Virus record (IMG/VR): IMGVR_UViG_3300010167_000013
Strand: one strand, 5' to 3'
Length of the DNA: 64,000 bases
Origin: a virus
Lineage: Duplodnaviria > Caudoviricetes
Made by a program: the position numbers and the translations under genes
The notes under the pieces: model-generated
The model's database searches: none
What the model saw: the letters and a program-made list of their open reading frames with translations, nothing else
What the model was told of the DNA's origin: nothing
Part shown: one piece after another, positions 19,471 to 30,104 of the stretch
How positions within the stretch are numbered: position 1 is the stretch's first letter
Layout of the letters: each line of letters begins with the position of its first letter

Positions 19471-20778
19471 ATGCCAGCAAAGAAGAAAGATCTAGTAGAT
19501 CGAATAGCAGATGAAATGGATCGCCAGACAACATTCAACCCATTGCTACATGCCCTGAGGGAAAACGACAAGAAGAATTTATTCAAGACCAATGTTACTA
19601 CCTATTACCACAAGACTGGATATGCCCTATTCGATTATTACTTCGGGTCGGTGATAAATCTTCACAATGAACTAGGAGAAATAGTAAAACAGGAATCCAG
19701 AGTAGGACAAGCTGCTGGAACAGTAAACATGATCATTGGTGCGACTGGTTCGGCCAAAACCACATTGGCAATTCAGTTATCATCCAATATCATCAGGCCA
19801 TTCAAGAATTCAAACGTCATTCATTATGACTGTGAGCAGAGGATAGATATATCCAGGATAGAAAACATTACCAAGCTTCATCCATCTGATTTTGAAGAAG
19901 GTGGTAGGTACATTCTCAAGTCAGAATCTATTGGACTGGATATCATGCAAGAATCTATAGTCCAACTGTATGCAGCCAAGATGAAGATCAAAGATCAGAT
20001 TTCGTATCACACTGGACAGCTAAATGAGTTCGGGAAAGAAATAGTAATACTAGAACCTACGGTGGTGATAGTTGATTCTGTGACAGCTGTAATCAATGAA
20101 ACCTTCTCTGTCGATAACTCCAAGGAGTTATCAAGTGCAATGGAGCTTCAGAGTAATACTGAAGGAGCAAGATCGGCTAAATCAATGAGAGGGTTTCTGA
20201 AGGATATCCTTCCACTCTGCAAGGAAGCTAATATCATAATCTACTTCATAAACCATATCAACATGAACATGAGTATGAATGCATTCATACCTCCTAGCAA
20301 GCAACAAAACTTTCTGAAAGTAGATGAATCTATTCCAGGTGGTAGAGGATTGCTGTATTATCCGTTCAACATAATAAAGTTGACAGCCAAACCAGGAGAT
20401 GACTTCGTTGAAGACTCCGATGGATTCACCGGACATATGGTGATGGTAGAACCAATAAAATCATCATCAAATCAGTCTGGGAATAATAGCAAGAATGTTT
20501 CATTTGAAATGGTATTCTCATTCAAGCATGGATTTGACCCATTGCGTAGTCTGATAGTGTATGGCAGGGAGAGGGGAATAATAGAAGGGACAAAGAATAG
20601 AATGAAGTTCAAAGATGATCCCTCATTCACTTTCTCATTGAAAGATATCAACAAAGAAAAAGATGATAAACCCATCTGGGAAGGAATCAAGTTATATATC
20701 TTTCCTGAGTTGGAAACACATCTTAGTTTCATAGAACCAGAAGAAATCAAGTTTGATCATAGAAGTATGGATTATTAA
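19471..20778 (+). CDS. RecA/UvsX-like recombinase
   Basis: Walker A GATGSAKT, YDCE, Walker B VVIVDS, FINH, PGG; early motif 19407-19419. Confidence 0.85.
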   Translation: MPAKKKDLVDRIADEMDRQTTFNPLLHALRENDKKNLFKTNVTTYYHKTGYALFDYYFGSVINLHNELGEIVKQESRVGQAAGTVNMIIGATGSAKTTLAIQLSSNIIRPFKNSNVIHYDCEQRIDISRIENITKLHPSDFEEGGRYILKSESIGLDIMQESIVQLYAAKMKIKDQISYHTGQLNEFGKEIVILEPTVVIVDSVTAVINETFSVDNSKELSSAMELQSNTEGARSAKSMRGFLKDILPLCKEANIIIYFINHINMNMSMNAFIPPSKQQNFLKVDESIPGGRGLLYYPFNIIKLTAKPGDDFVEDSDGFTGHMVMVEPIKSSSNQSGNNSKNVSFEMVFSFKHGFDPLRSLIVYGRERGIIEGTKNRMKFKDDPSFTFSLKDINKEKDDKPIWEGIKLYIFPELETHLSFIEPEEIKFDHRSMDY

Positions 20779-20787
20779 AAATAACAA

Positions 20788-20828
20788 TGAAGAATACAGA
20801 GGGGTGGTGAACCCCTCTGTATTCTTCA
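20788..20828. terminator. Bidirectional terminator
   Basis: 18-bp stem TGAAGAATACAGAGGGGT/ACCCCTCTGTATTCTTCA between convergent units. Confidence 0.75.
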
Positions 20829-20867
20829 ACAGTATTTGAACCTACAGTACTCTGGTTAAAATGGTGA

Positions 20868-20943
20868 TCGGGATGACAGGATTTGAACCTGCAAGTCTCC
20901 TAGTCCCAAACCAGGCGCGATAGCCAAGTTACGCTACATCCCG
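20868..20943 (-). tRNA. tRNA-Pro(UGG)
   Basis: Acceptor CGGGATG/CATCCCG, anticodon arm CCTGG-TTTGGGA-CTAGG, T arm GCAGG-TTCAAAT-CCTGT. Followed by TCACCA. Confidence 0.92.
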
Positions 20944-20949
20944 ATATTG

Positions 20950-21687
20950 CTATTTTTTCTTCTTTCCACCCATCATGATTTGTCGTACATGTGGATTTTC
21001 ATCTGACTTGATTTCATTCGGATGAACAAACACAATATACTCAACAGTTCCTTTATTTATTGGATGTATCGATACTATCTCAACTTTCCCAGGAACAGCA
21101 TCTGTTGCAGGATCTTCTAGCATATCCTCGATTATCTTTTCCGGTCTCACTGAGAAGAATATCCAACTCTCATTGTTCTTTGTTGATATTCTCCTGGGTG
21201 TAGTGTAGAGTTTGATGTCCTCGATGAATGATTCTGTCAATCCTATCTTCTTTTCAACTTCTTCCAGTTTCCGATAGTCATTGAGAATATCATCCAAAGC
21301 TTTCCCATCATACTGATACTTACGAATGAATCCAACGAAAATATCTTCAATGAATCGGGGATTTATTTCATTCTCACCAATTCTATCGAACCAACCGGAA
21401 TCTCCTTTTTTGTCCAACACATCATCGGAGAATGCAACAGTCAACGATGCATATCCTTTTGGCGGATCTACTCTTTTATTCTCGGTGTACTTTACTACAA
21501 GCTCAATCTTAGTTTCTGGCTTGAAGAATCTTGCTTTCTGAACCAAGAATGATTTCATTTCTTCTGTGGTTATTTGGTACACGTAAATATTTCCGATAGG
21601 TGCTACCTTGGATCGGTTGGGCGGAAATAGCATACCAGCTGGTATTTCCTTTTTGCAACTTGGACAATGGACTGTTGATACTGCCAT
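20950..21687 (-). CDS. Hypothetical protein (N-terminal CxxC)
   Basis: 245 aa, GAGGAGG RBS, early motif 21740-21752. Confidence 0.75.
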   Translation of the reverse strand: MAVSTVHCPSCKKEIPAGMLFPPNRSKVAPIGNIYVYQITTEEMKSFLVQKARFFKPETKIELVVKYTENKRVDPPKGYASLTVAFSDDVLDKKGDSGWFDRIGENEINPRFIEDIFVGFIRKYQYDGKALDDILNDYRKLEEVEKKIGLTESFIEDIKLYTTPRRISTKNNESWIFFSVRPEKIIEDMLEDPATDAVPGKVEIVSIHPINKGTVEYIVFVHPNEIKSDENPHVRQIMMGGKKKK

Positions 21688-21750
21688 AACATTACTCCTC
21701 CTCGATAATAAATATATTACGCAGATTGTTAGACAAGTAATAATATATAA

Positions 21751-22026
21751 TTATGGATACCATCTTCGTTTGATAACATACCCCTTCTCCCTTAGTCCGT
21801 TTACGATAAGCTGAACAAATGGTTTTGCTATAGCTCTAGGGGTAATAGAATGACTTCCTCCAATGGTCATGACATTTCCTCTGGGAAAACTGACATCACA
21901 CAACAGACTCCATCCCCATGATTGGACTCCGAATCTCTGATATTCGCTCGGTAGATTATTGATCACAGATTGAACATCGACTGCTGAAATATCCTTGTCA
22001 GCTCTAATCACACAGTGCCATCCCAT
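21751..22026 (-). CDS. Hypothetical protein
   Basis: 91 aa, AGGAGGT RBS. Confidence 0.7.
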   Translation of the reverse strand: MGWHCVIRADKDISAVDVQSVINNLPSEYQRFGVQSWGWSLLCDVSFPRGNVMTIGGSHSITPRAIAKPFVQLIVNGLREKGYVIKRRWYP

Positions 22027-22135
22027 GTTATCATACCTCCTTGTATTGATGTTATATTAGTCAATATAATTTATTTGCATCTGCAGTAATAATATATAAA
22101 TGAAGAGGGAGGGACTTAGTCCCTCCCTCTTGTTC

Positions 22136-23532
22136 TCATGTCTCTTCTATTATAATGTCTAGATCCAAGTTGTGTAATGTTATGGAAGAATTATGCTTGG
22201 ATTTCAAGCTCAAATTCAGGTTACTGTGTGACAATTGCGTACTCAGTAACCCAGCTTGTTTCACACCCAGTAGATAGAATAGTCTACCAGCACAGTATGA
22301 ACATATCTTGGTATTCACACAAGACATTGGGGATCGGATCAGAATCTTCTTTCCAACATACCTGTCAACATTCTCTCTGGTGAGCAATTGAAGTTGTCCT
22401 CCAGATTCGAAATATGAGTAAACCAGATCTTCCTTATTTCGTTCAGTTACTGTTACTGGGATCAAGTTCTTGGTTTTGCAATCAGTACCTTCTTCGTCAA
22501 CTTCAATCATCTGAAGCAATGCTAGTAGTTTTTTACCCATGTATCCAGAATCAGCAGTAGCTATTGATGCCGGATACTGACCGGCCAATATACTGTTAGC
22601 ATGTGCAGGAATGTCCTTTATCTCAATTCCGTTCATGAATGAAGTGTCTATGAAATCAAATTCATTCGTCAGCTTATTCATTACCGGACCTTTGAGTATT
22701 GCATTGTTTTTGTAATTACTGGCAAAGTCCAGATCCCCGGATTTGTACAGATCCATTCCAGGATCATCTTCCAGAAGTTCCTTAGCTCTTGCTACTAATT
22801 GATCACTGATATCTGTCATGACATCGATGTTCCCAGCCTCAATTTCATCCTTGTGCTTGGATACCAATTGTTTCTTCAGTGTTTCAATTTCCTTCAATGG
22901 TTTAGCCATCTTCATGGATATGGTATGAGCTAGCATGCCATTCAACCAGTATCCTAAATTATCCCTTCTGTCGCTGTACGCATTGAACTGCGCACGTGTG
23001 ATAACATCTTCCAGATACAAGTATCCTATCTGATGATCAACTTCACGAAGTCCTTCCTTACCCAATAGTTTGTCAGTAATTAATTTAGTTGCTCCAATTA
23101 TTCCAGCACCTTGTAATACGTATTTATTGAACATGAATCTACCAATGGTTGTTTTTACTTCAGGATGTCCATTGTAAAAATAATTTGCCGGAATGGTAAT
23201 TCTATCCCAGGTTTTATGTCTAGCTTTTCTACGAGTGGTATTGATGCTACCTTGAATATTTGCTGTATCAGCAAACATCTTGGCTATCAGTGAACGAGTA
23301 AATCCATCTGGACTAGTTGACAGATACATTCTAGCATCGGTGGGATCTACATCCTTCGGATCATCTCCTAACTTTGTCAATGAGTAGTATGAATTAAATA
23401 CTTCTTTTGCTACTACTCTGGCATTGGTTCCGGTAACATTGAGTGCTGTCATTTTTCTATTCATGATTTCTTCAGCTTCTAAATTTGCTTCATCAGTCCA
23501 CAGACCTCTGATAGACACAGTATCTCCGTCAA
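22136..23532 (-). CDS. Multisubunit RNA polymerase beta', exon 2
   Basis: Begins TT GAC GGA GAT (F-DGD). TTIGR, bridge helix TADSGYMGKKL, Zn site DC..RSPMSC..IC..CAG, trigger-loop-like STQLS..LNLSLKSKH. Confidence 0.9.
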
Positions 23533-24830
23533 CAATTAGAATATCTATCTCATCTAACTACTAATTTATTACTTACTCTACATATATTTTAAAAAAATAT
23601 ATTAGAGGTGATAATGTGGTTACTCCAGAATTATTGAAACAGAACCAGGAGTTACTAAATTCTTTTCTTGTTGGTGCCCAAATTCCAGATGAGTACAAAC
23701 TTCCTCCACATGAGCGTATCTTTGGGTATATTTATTGCATTGAAAATAAATTGAATGGAAGGAAGTACATAGGGGCTGTATACTCTGGATGGATGGATGT
23801 GCAAGATCCTGACCCTAGTAATCTGTTGCGCAAAAGAGCTTCCAACTACATCTATGAATATAACTCTGCTAGAAAAACTACATCTTCCGCCAAAAAAACA
23901 TTTCGTCCAATAATACAGGCGTTGTGTGATGATGGATTTGAAAATTTCACCATGTATCCAATAGCAGAGACCACCAAGAATAATCACGTGTCAGCAGAGA
24001 TATATTTCATAGAAAAGCTTGACACTATAGATGATGGGTATAATGTATACCTTGGGAGAGGCAGAAACTCTCATACAGGAAGGAAGTTCTTGAGCAAAGA
24101 CAAAGAGGTGAGATCTGATAAAATAATTGGGGTGAACCTCAACAAGAAAGAAATACTCTTCTCAGACTCAATGAAATTATTTGCCGATTTTATCGGAACC
24201 TCCAAAGATATGATCAAGAATGTCAACCGAATAGGTAGATCATACAAAGGATGGTTTATATTCTACATCGATGACGAGAAGAGAAATCACGTTCTGAATA
24301 TGGTTGTGAATGGTACAATTCAGCATCAGACACAACATTCAGAGAGATCTAAAAAATTTTATTCTGGAGTATTTAGTAGTATTTCCGCCTTTATCCATGA
24401 ATATCCACACTCAGAGATATTTTCTGATTTCACTGAGTTGTCTTCATTGATATACTCGGATGAAATAGATGATATCTAACTAGGACTATATCTTCATCCC
24501 CCAAAGTATGTCATCTGGAGGAGTCTGGCGCTTCGAAACATAGCTTCCACTATGCCCCTACTCTCTTTCGAGATAGTCTCTACACCCGCATGACATGTTA
24601 CATCAGAGGCTTGGCACGGTATTGACATAGCTATCCATTCGCATGGACCTTAGTGTCTCTTAGGAAGTGTATTCGTGTGTTTGGAATAGATGAGTTGGCT
24701 AGGCTCACCCCACCTTATATAACTTCTACCGTTAGCAGGATATGATCCCACACCGCTTGTTAGGCGTTCACCAGATTATTCTTGTAGTATGTTACCATAC
24801 TAGCGGACCTCGATTTCAGAGTTTTAAATC
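23533..24830 (-). ncRNA. Group I intron (1298 nt) in the RNAP catalytic motif
   Basis: P1 GCGGAUU/GGUCCGC with U-G at the splice site. Q AAUACCGUGCCAAG, R GUGUAGAGACUA, S GAAGAUAUAGUCC, P3 UCUGG/CCAGA, terminal G at 23533. Splicing yields GCG GAT T|TT GAC GGA GAT = ADFDGD in frame. Confidence 0.95.
23616..24479 (+). CDS. GIY-YIG homing endonuclease, antisense to host intron
   Basis: GYIYCIENKLNGRKYIG...R...E..FI...GYN; own GAGGTG RBS; lies between S element and terminal G. Confidence 0.85.
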   Translation: MVTPELLKQNQELLNSFLVGAQIPDEYKLPPHERIFGYIYCIENKLNGRKYIGAVYSGWMDVQDPDPSNLLRKRASNYIYEYNSARKTTSSAKKTFRPIIQALCDDGFENFTMYPIAETTKNNHVSAEIYFIEKLDTIDDGYNVYLGRGRNSHTGRKFLSKDKEVRSDKIIGVNLNKKEILFSDSMKLFADFIGTSKDMIKNVNRIGRSYKGWFIFYIDDEKRNHVLNMVVNGTIQHQTQHSERSKKFYSGVFSSISAFIHEYPHSEIFSDFTELSSLIYSDEIDDI

Positions 24831-26241
24831 AATCCGCGCCTAATCCTTCGAGAAGGCTGGGTCCAAATACAGCAGTGTCAACAAACTGCACTCCAACCTT
24901 GTCATGTTCTATTTTGAAATCAATATCAGGATAAAATGGGTACTCCTTCCCATTGAATATGAGTTTCACGTGTTTATTCGTAGACTGAACCCTGATCTTG
25001 TTCATGAAGATACCCTTGTCAGTACCAACAGGATATCGAGTAACCATACAATGTCTCTTCTCACATACATCAACACATGCCAAATATAAAATGTCAGTAA
25101 CTGTCATTGCTCTATTGAGGGTAGTCTGAATGTTATTCGGGAGAAGCTTTTTCCCCTTCAACAATATAACTGCCATGAATGTTTTATCATCCTTTGTTCC
25201 AGGTACTTCAGCCTCAACCTTGATCAACTTGAATCTATTATCTGGGTTGAAGATGTAATCATTGATCAACTTCTTGATTGTTTTCTCTGAGAACTGAACC
25301 TCAGGTTCCTTCAGTTTTGCAACGACTTCCTTGTTTGATTTTTCATCGTAGAATGTTACTAGATTTGGGTCATTGATTATTTCTCTGATGAAGAAATTTT
25401 TCAACCATGCCTCAATGAATGGATAGAAGGTTGAACAACATTGTGCTATTGGCAGAGCTGTATGATCGATATCCACCATGTTTTCCTGAATAGTTTCCTT
25501 GTTGTACGGGAAAGCTGATATGACCGACCTAGTACCGTATTCAACCGACTTCCCGATTAGGTACTTTCTGATCACACCTCTTTTTCTTGAGATCTGTTCT
25601 CTGAAGTAATTGGTTATTTCTAATAGTGTATCCTGCACCTTTGCTTGTGTGGAGTATTGAGTGCGTGCAAATAATCCACTTTGAGATAGTAACGATACTG
25701 CCCTGATTAGCTTGACATATAGATCGTTCAGTTCATTGACATGGTCAGAAGAGTCTACTGTTCCTGCTAGCATTACATCTCGATATGCAGGTGGGCATAC
25801 TATTTGTTTTGTGATGAAGACTTGATCTTTTCTGATATTCCTCAATAATGTGAGTGATCTATCATTTGTTGACTTTAGCTTGTCCCATTTGATCTCATCC
25901 CAATGTTCATATAAATTTCTGAGGCCAGTCCATCCATTTTCATCTTGTATCAGTAATCCATTCTCGATCGAGTATCTTTTCTGTCCCGAGATTAGATTGG
26001 TGATATTTCTGAACAAACCTTTGACCACAGTTCCGTAGATATGTGGATGTAGAAATGGCATCTTGAGATCAATGTATGCAAACGTACCTCTTCTATCTCC
26101 CTTGGATATTCCGAAAATGTCGTTGGATAGAATTCCTTGTGGGTCGTAAGTTGCTTTGTTGGAAAACAACTGTGGAGACGTGACTTCTTGTAACTTGTTT
26201 ACCTTTATCAACCGTTCGATGTCCAGTAGGTCTATCTTCAT
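24831..26241 (-). CDS. Multisubunit RNA polymerase beta', exon 1
   Basis: GILSNDIFG, YIDL..P.LHP, PPAYR, GKSVEYGTRSVIS (GKRVDYSGRSVI), TRYP; ends GLGAD. Confidence 0.9.
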
Positions 26242-26303
26242 TTTATCATCTCCATTTCATTTAATGGTAGTTAAAAAGACGGTGGAATGATCCACCGTCT
26301 TTA

Positions 26304-26777
26304 TCATCCTTTTGCACTCTGCATTTCTAGCTTCTGTTGGAACACATGTTTCTCGATTAATCCTTCCACCAATGATTCTAGCTTTTCTCTACCACCAACT
26401 ACTTTCGACAGTGCACCATTTGGATCTAGTAAACTTGGAGGAAGACTGTTGTAGATCAATTGTTCTGCTGACTTTTTCAGCTGTCTAGCTTCCTCTGCTG
26501 TGAGCTTTTCATGCTTGGCTCTCAGTTCTTCAGCGAATTGCATATTCGATGCTACCGCAGCATCTACTACAGTATCTAGTTCATCTAACAGATTGACCTT
26601 GGTCTGGGTAACGGAATGCAATGCCTCTGTCTCATTCTTGCTCACAATACTATTCGTTATTTTATCGGCATAGCTTTTTACAACTACAAGTATCGTTGAT
26701 CCAACTATGATCAACAGAGGTGCCAAGATGGTATTGACGATCACATCTGTCAATGTGGTTAATGATTCCATGTACAT
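26304..26777 (-). CDS. Holin-like membrane protein
   Basis: Single N-terminal TM plus helical domain ending L..LIE..V; next to SLT gene. Confidence 0.5.
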   Translation of the reverse strand: MYMESLTTLTDVIVNTILAPLLIIVGSTILVVVKSYADKITNSIVSKNETEALHSVTQTKVNLLDELDTVVDAAVASNMQFAEELRAKHEKLTAEEARQLKKSAEQLIYNSLPPSLLDPNGALSKVVGGREKLESLVEGLIEKHVFQQKLEMQSAKG

Positions 26778-26854
26778 TCTCCTCTCTATGATTTTATATA
26801 CAAGTAATGTGCAAGATGAAAAATAAAGCCTGCCTAGTTAGGCAGGCTTTATCA

Positions 26855-27829
26855 TCACTGATGTCGTATTCTTAGTTGACTCATTCTCCCTACTACCAAG
26901 TTGGAATAATTAGATGAGTAGTTTCCTGCATTCCATTCTGTTGAGGCTCCTCCTTCACCAAGATGGTATGCCATTAGTGCTCTATGACTGGAACCGTATT
27001 TGCTTAGGTACATTCCTAACATGTGTACACCAGCTTCAATATTTTCGTAGGGATCCAGAAAGTTGTTGATACCCAAGTCTCTGCTTAGCCAACCGTGGTT
27101 ACTCCGATTGATCTGCATCAATCCGTAGTCGTTTGTTGCGCTAATTAACGCTTCTTGGTATGTACTTTCCGTCCATATGACAGCTAGACTCAGTGTCATT
27201 GGTACTCCCTTCAACTTGCATTGTTCGAATAGATATTCTTGAACATTGTCTGACAATGGTACATCGTAATATATCATGTCAGCTGGTACTTCAATTGTTA
27301 ATCTTGTTGGTTCAACCTCATTGTGTTCCACTTCTTCGTTAATTTCTTCTTCTGCTACTTCCTCCTCTTCATCCGTGGTATCCACTTCTTCTTCATCCAT
27401 TTGTGATAAGTATTGGACTTTGTACGAAGCAAGTGGTATTCTTTCCACGAGTGGGATAAGTTCTAAATCTTTTACTACCAATTGTACATCTTCTGTTATC
27501 ACCTCTTCTGTTATTGGTGGAAGATACTCAACTAATTTCTCTACAACAATATCATCTTCCAGGATAATGTTGTGGTCTGGTATCTCTTTTGAGATAGTCT
27601 TGGCGAGAGCTAATACTAGAAACACTACCAATGAACTTGAGTAAATTATTCTTCTACATCGGATAGCATTCCTTCTTGTGGACGGTGTTGCTGTCATAAC
27701 TTTGCTGTCCACTGATTTGCTCCCGTGAGATTGAATCCTAATGGGTTGCAGACTTTTTCTAATCTGCTTCGCCGTTGGTGATGGCGGTACCCTCAAAGGA
27801 CCACTCCTCGGGATAGTCATTGGGTGCAT
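26855..27829 (-). CDS. Membrane-anchored lytic transglycosylase (SLT)
   Basis: TM segment, acidic linker, VIWTES, DYGLMQIN, NIEAG, AYHLG. Confidence 0.85.
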   Translation of the reverse strand: MHPMTIPRSGPLRVPPSPTAKQIRKSLQPIRIQSHGSKSVDSKVMTATPSTRRNAIRCRRIIYSSSLVVFLVLALAKTISKEIPDHNIILEDDIVVEKLVEYLPPITEEVITEDVQLVVKDLELIPLVERIPLASYKVQYLSQMDEEEVDTTDEEEEVAEEEINEEVEHNEVEPTRLTIEVPADMIYYDVPLSDNVQEYLFEQCKLKGVPMTLSLAVIWTESTYQEALISATNDYGLMQINRSNHGWLSRDLGINNFLDPYENIEAGVHMLGMYLSKYGSSHRALMAYHLGEGGASTEWNAGNYSSNYSNLVVGRMSQLRIRHQ

Positions 27830-27950
27830 TGTTAAGTTCCTCCTTAAACCTTAATCATTTCCCATACCTTATAATATATATTTTCATTTGATAGTACTTT
27901 TTTCTTCGAATATATATTATATATGTAATCAATAATAAAGGAGAAATGAT

Positions 27951-28754
27951 ATGGATTATTCACCAGAGTCCGTCAATCAGCTTCTTGGGGATCTGAATGA
28001 ATTTATTCATCAGGGAACCAAACTCTTCGAGTACCACATGGAGCATATTGAATTAGTTCGAAGGTATTCGCTCTTGATAAACAAGAGGCTATCAGCTAGT
28101 ATTGACACCAATAAAATCGAAACAATTTCATTGGCACACGATTTGTTCAAGGAAAGATCCTTGGACAAAAAGAAAACATTTATTACGTGGAGAGACTATC
28201 AGATTCCTCAGAACATCAACAGATATGTTCGAATGAATCTAGATGTCTTGGAGGAATATGGATTAGCAGAGTACTTCAACAGTGATATCCAATTACATCC
28301 TCAGGCAGCTGCCATTTTCCTGATACAAGAACTTGGGATAACAGATACTGATATTCTGTATCCTGTGATCTTTCATGCATGTCCAATCATCCCGGTGTAT
28401 GAAACACTCCACGCTGATACCAGAAGAATGATTGATGTTGTGATGCTAGCTGATAAATTATCCTCGAACACGTTGAAGATTAACTCCAGAAATCTCAAGA
28501 GTAGGGTTGACCTTGATAAAGTTGTGTTTAGTGATAATGGCCATGAGTTCAATTACACCCTTGGGCTATTCATTGCAAGACTTTTATCCCAGGGAAATTC
28601 AAAAGAAGAAAACTCAATTATTAGTACTAATCACTACTACAAAAGATTATGTGAAATAAATCCAATGGTAAGTGGTAAGAATTACTCAATCAGAACACTA
28701 GGGAGGTACAAAACTTGGCAAAAACGAAGTCACAGACACTTGCAGATGCGATAA
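27951..28754 (+). CDS. HD-domain phosphohydrolase, YqeK (Ap4A hydrolase)-like
   Basis: H...LAHDLFKE...LHPQAAA..ELGITD.DIL..V.FH...LADK. Confidence 0.7.
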   Translation: MDYSPESVNQLLGDLNEFIHQGTKLFEYHMEHIELVRRYSLLINKRLSASIDTNKIETISLAHDLFKERSLDKKKTFITWRDYQIPQNINRYVRMNLDVLEEYGLAEYFNSDIQLHPQAAAIFLIQELGITDTDILYPVIFHACPIIPVYETLHADTRRMIDVVMLADKLSSNTLKINSRNLKSRVDLDKVVFSDNGHEFNYTLGLFIARLLSQGNSKEENSIISTNHYYKRLCEINPMVSGKNYSIRTLGRYKTWQKRSHRHLQMR

Positions 28755-29233
28755 TACATTTTAAAGATGTGATGCAGCGTGCAACACTATCATCTTATTA
28801 TCATGTAAACAATATTATTCTTTCTAAGAATGATGACGGTAACACGATACTGATCGTTCCGGATCTAACACTGTGGAACTCCATACTGGATGAGAAAGAC
28901 ATTGAAGTGAAGGAACTTGATATCTCTGTACCAGAAGAAGCTGAGAATTTACAATGGTTTAGATACGGTGAGGATTTGGGTGATGGCTGGTACGATATCG
29001 ATGTCAGTGAAGAATTATTCACTGGGAAGATATTCCAGATCAAAGTAAAAGATCTGGAGTATTCCATTCCAATCAATCGGGAACTAATGCCAATGAAGCT
29101 CAAGAAAGCTGAGTATGTAAATGTCAGCTATCGAGTGTTTGGTAAACCGTTGGTGCTGGCCATCAAAAAAAGGTTTGACTTCCCCGTCGAAGATACTGGG
29201 TTTACCATGATTAGATTATTCCAAGTGATATGA
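28715..29233 (+). CDS. Hypothetical protein
   Basis: 172 aa, GGGAGG RBS, overlaps upstream gene. Confidence 0.75.
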   Translation: MAKTKSQTLADAIIHFKDVMQRATLSSYYHVNNIILSKNDDGNTILIVPDLTLWNSILDEKDIEVKELDISVPEEAENLQWFRYGEDLGDGWYDIDVSEELFTGKIFQIKVKDLEYSIPINRELMPMKLKKAEYVNVSYRVFGKPLVLAIKKRFDFPVEDTGFTMIRLFQVI

Positions 29234-29287
29234 AAAAATGAGGGACTGGAAGTCCCTCATTTTTTATTAATACACTTCACATTTATT

Positions 29288-29722
29288 CTACCTTGTTTTT
29301 ACTACGACATTTGGCATGTTATGATAATACTCGGGGATCGGGGTATTCAGATCGACTTGAACTACTTGTGGGTTATTAGTATTCCACAAATATATCATAT
29401 ATTTCCAAACCGTGTGTCCAAGCTCATTCTTAGAGTTTAAGAAATTAATGAGTGATCTTATCTCCCTTGTATCCATACTATCTTTGTGAGAACCATGAAG
29501 GAAATATTTTTCTTCTTCAAACAATATGCATCCTCCACCTTTGCCTTTGCTAGGAATCCCCTCATTGGGATCAAGCCCTCTGTAGAAATGAAAATGTGGG
29601 TAATTGCCTTCACGACCCCAGATAGCTAACTTGATACTATCGAATCCCCCTGCTACTGTTGCCATTTCCAAATAGGAAATATGAGTGGGTTTATCGTAAG
29701 CATCATCTAGTACATATTCCAT
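29288..29722 (-). CDS. DUF4160-like (DhiT toxin-like) protein with N-terminal leader
   Basis: I.I..RE..PHFH...C.....W..N pattern; adjacent to DUF2442-like gene. Confidence 0.55.
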   Translation of the reverse strand: MEYVLDDAYDKPTHISYLEMATVAGGFDSIKLAIWGREGNYPHFHFYRGLDPNEGIPSKGKGGGCILFEEEKYFLHGSHKDSMDTREIRSLINFLNSKNELGHTVWKYMIYLWNTNNPQVVQVDLNTPIPEYYHNMPNVVVKTR

Positions 29723-30019
29723 TTAAACACTAACCCCATTCTCAAATATAGTACCTAGCCCAAATATTGCATCTAAACCTAGTTCCTCATTTTTCCAATG
29801 CGGTGCCCCATAAACATTACTGCACATAACTGCATCAAATACTTCCTTATTCCTAAGACCCCTGAAGTATGGTTCATCGATGTACGGAGTCATATCAAAT
29901 ATTACTTTTTCTCCGGTGTAAAACTCTACTAGTATTCTGTAATTCTCTAGGGGAACCACAGAAATAGCAGATGCTGGTTGCTGTTCATCTTCGAATAATA
30001 AACCTTCTTTGACATACAA
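29723..30019 (-). CDS. DUF2442-like (DhiA antitoxin-like) protein, copy 1
   Basis: V.PLENYRILVEF.TGE...FD..P.....F..L.....F..V....G...W.N..D pattern. Confidence 0.75.
   Translation of the reverse strand: MYVKEGLLFEDEQQPASAISVVPLENYRILVEFYTGEKVIFDMTPYIDEPYFRGLRNKEVFDAVMCSNVYGAPHWKNEELGLDAIFGLGTIFENGVSV
29862..29949 (-). repeat. 88-bp exact repeat shared with 59701-59788 (inverted)
   Basis: Base-by-base identity TAGAGAATTACAG...CATACTTCAG. Confidence 0.95.
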
Positions 30020-30104
30020 TTCAATTACCTCCTCTTTACAATGATATATTATTACTTTATATCAATATAGAATATATAATTGCAAAATAGGAGGATACGG
30101 TTAC

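Noticed and set aside
24829-24831. TGA read-through or alternative genetic code in the RNAP gene
   Set aside because: The stop is explained by the intron. TGA, TAG and TAA all terminate normal genes.
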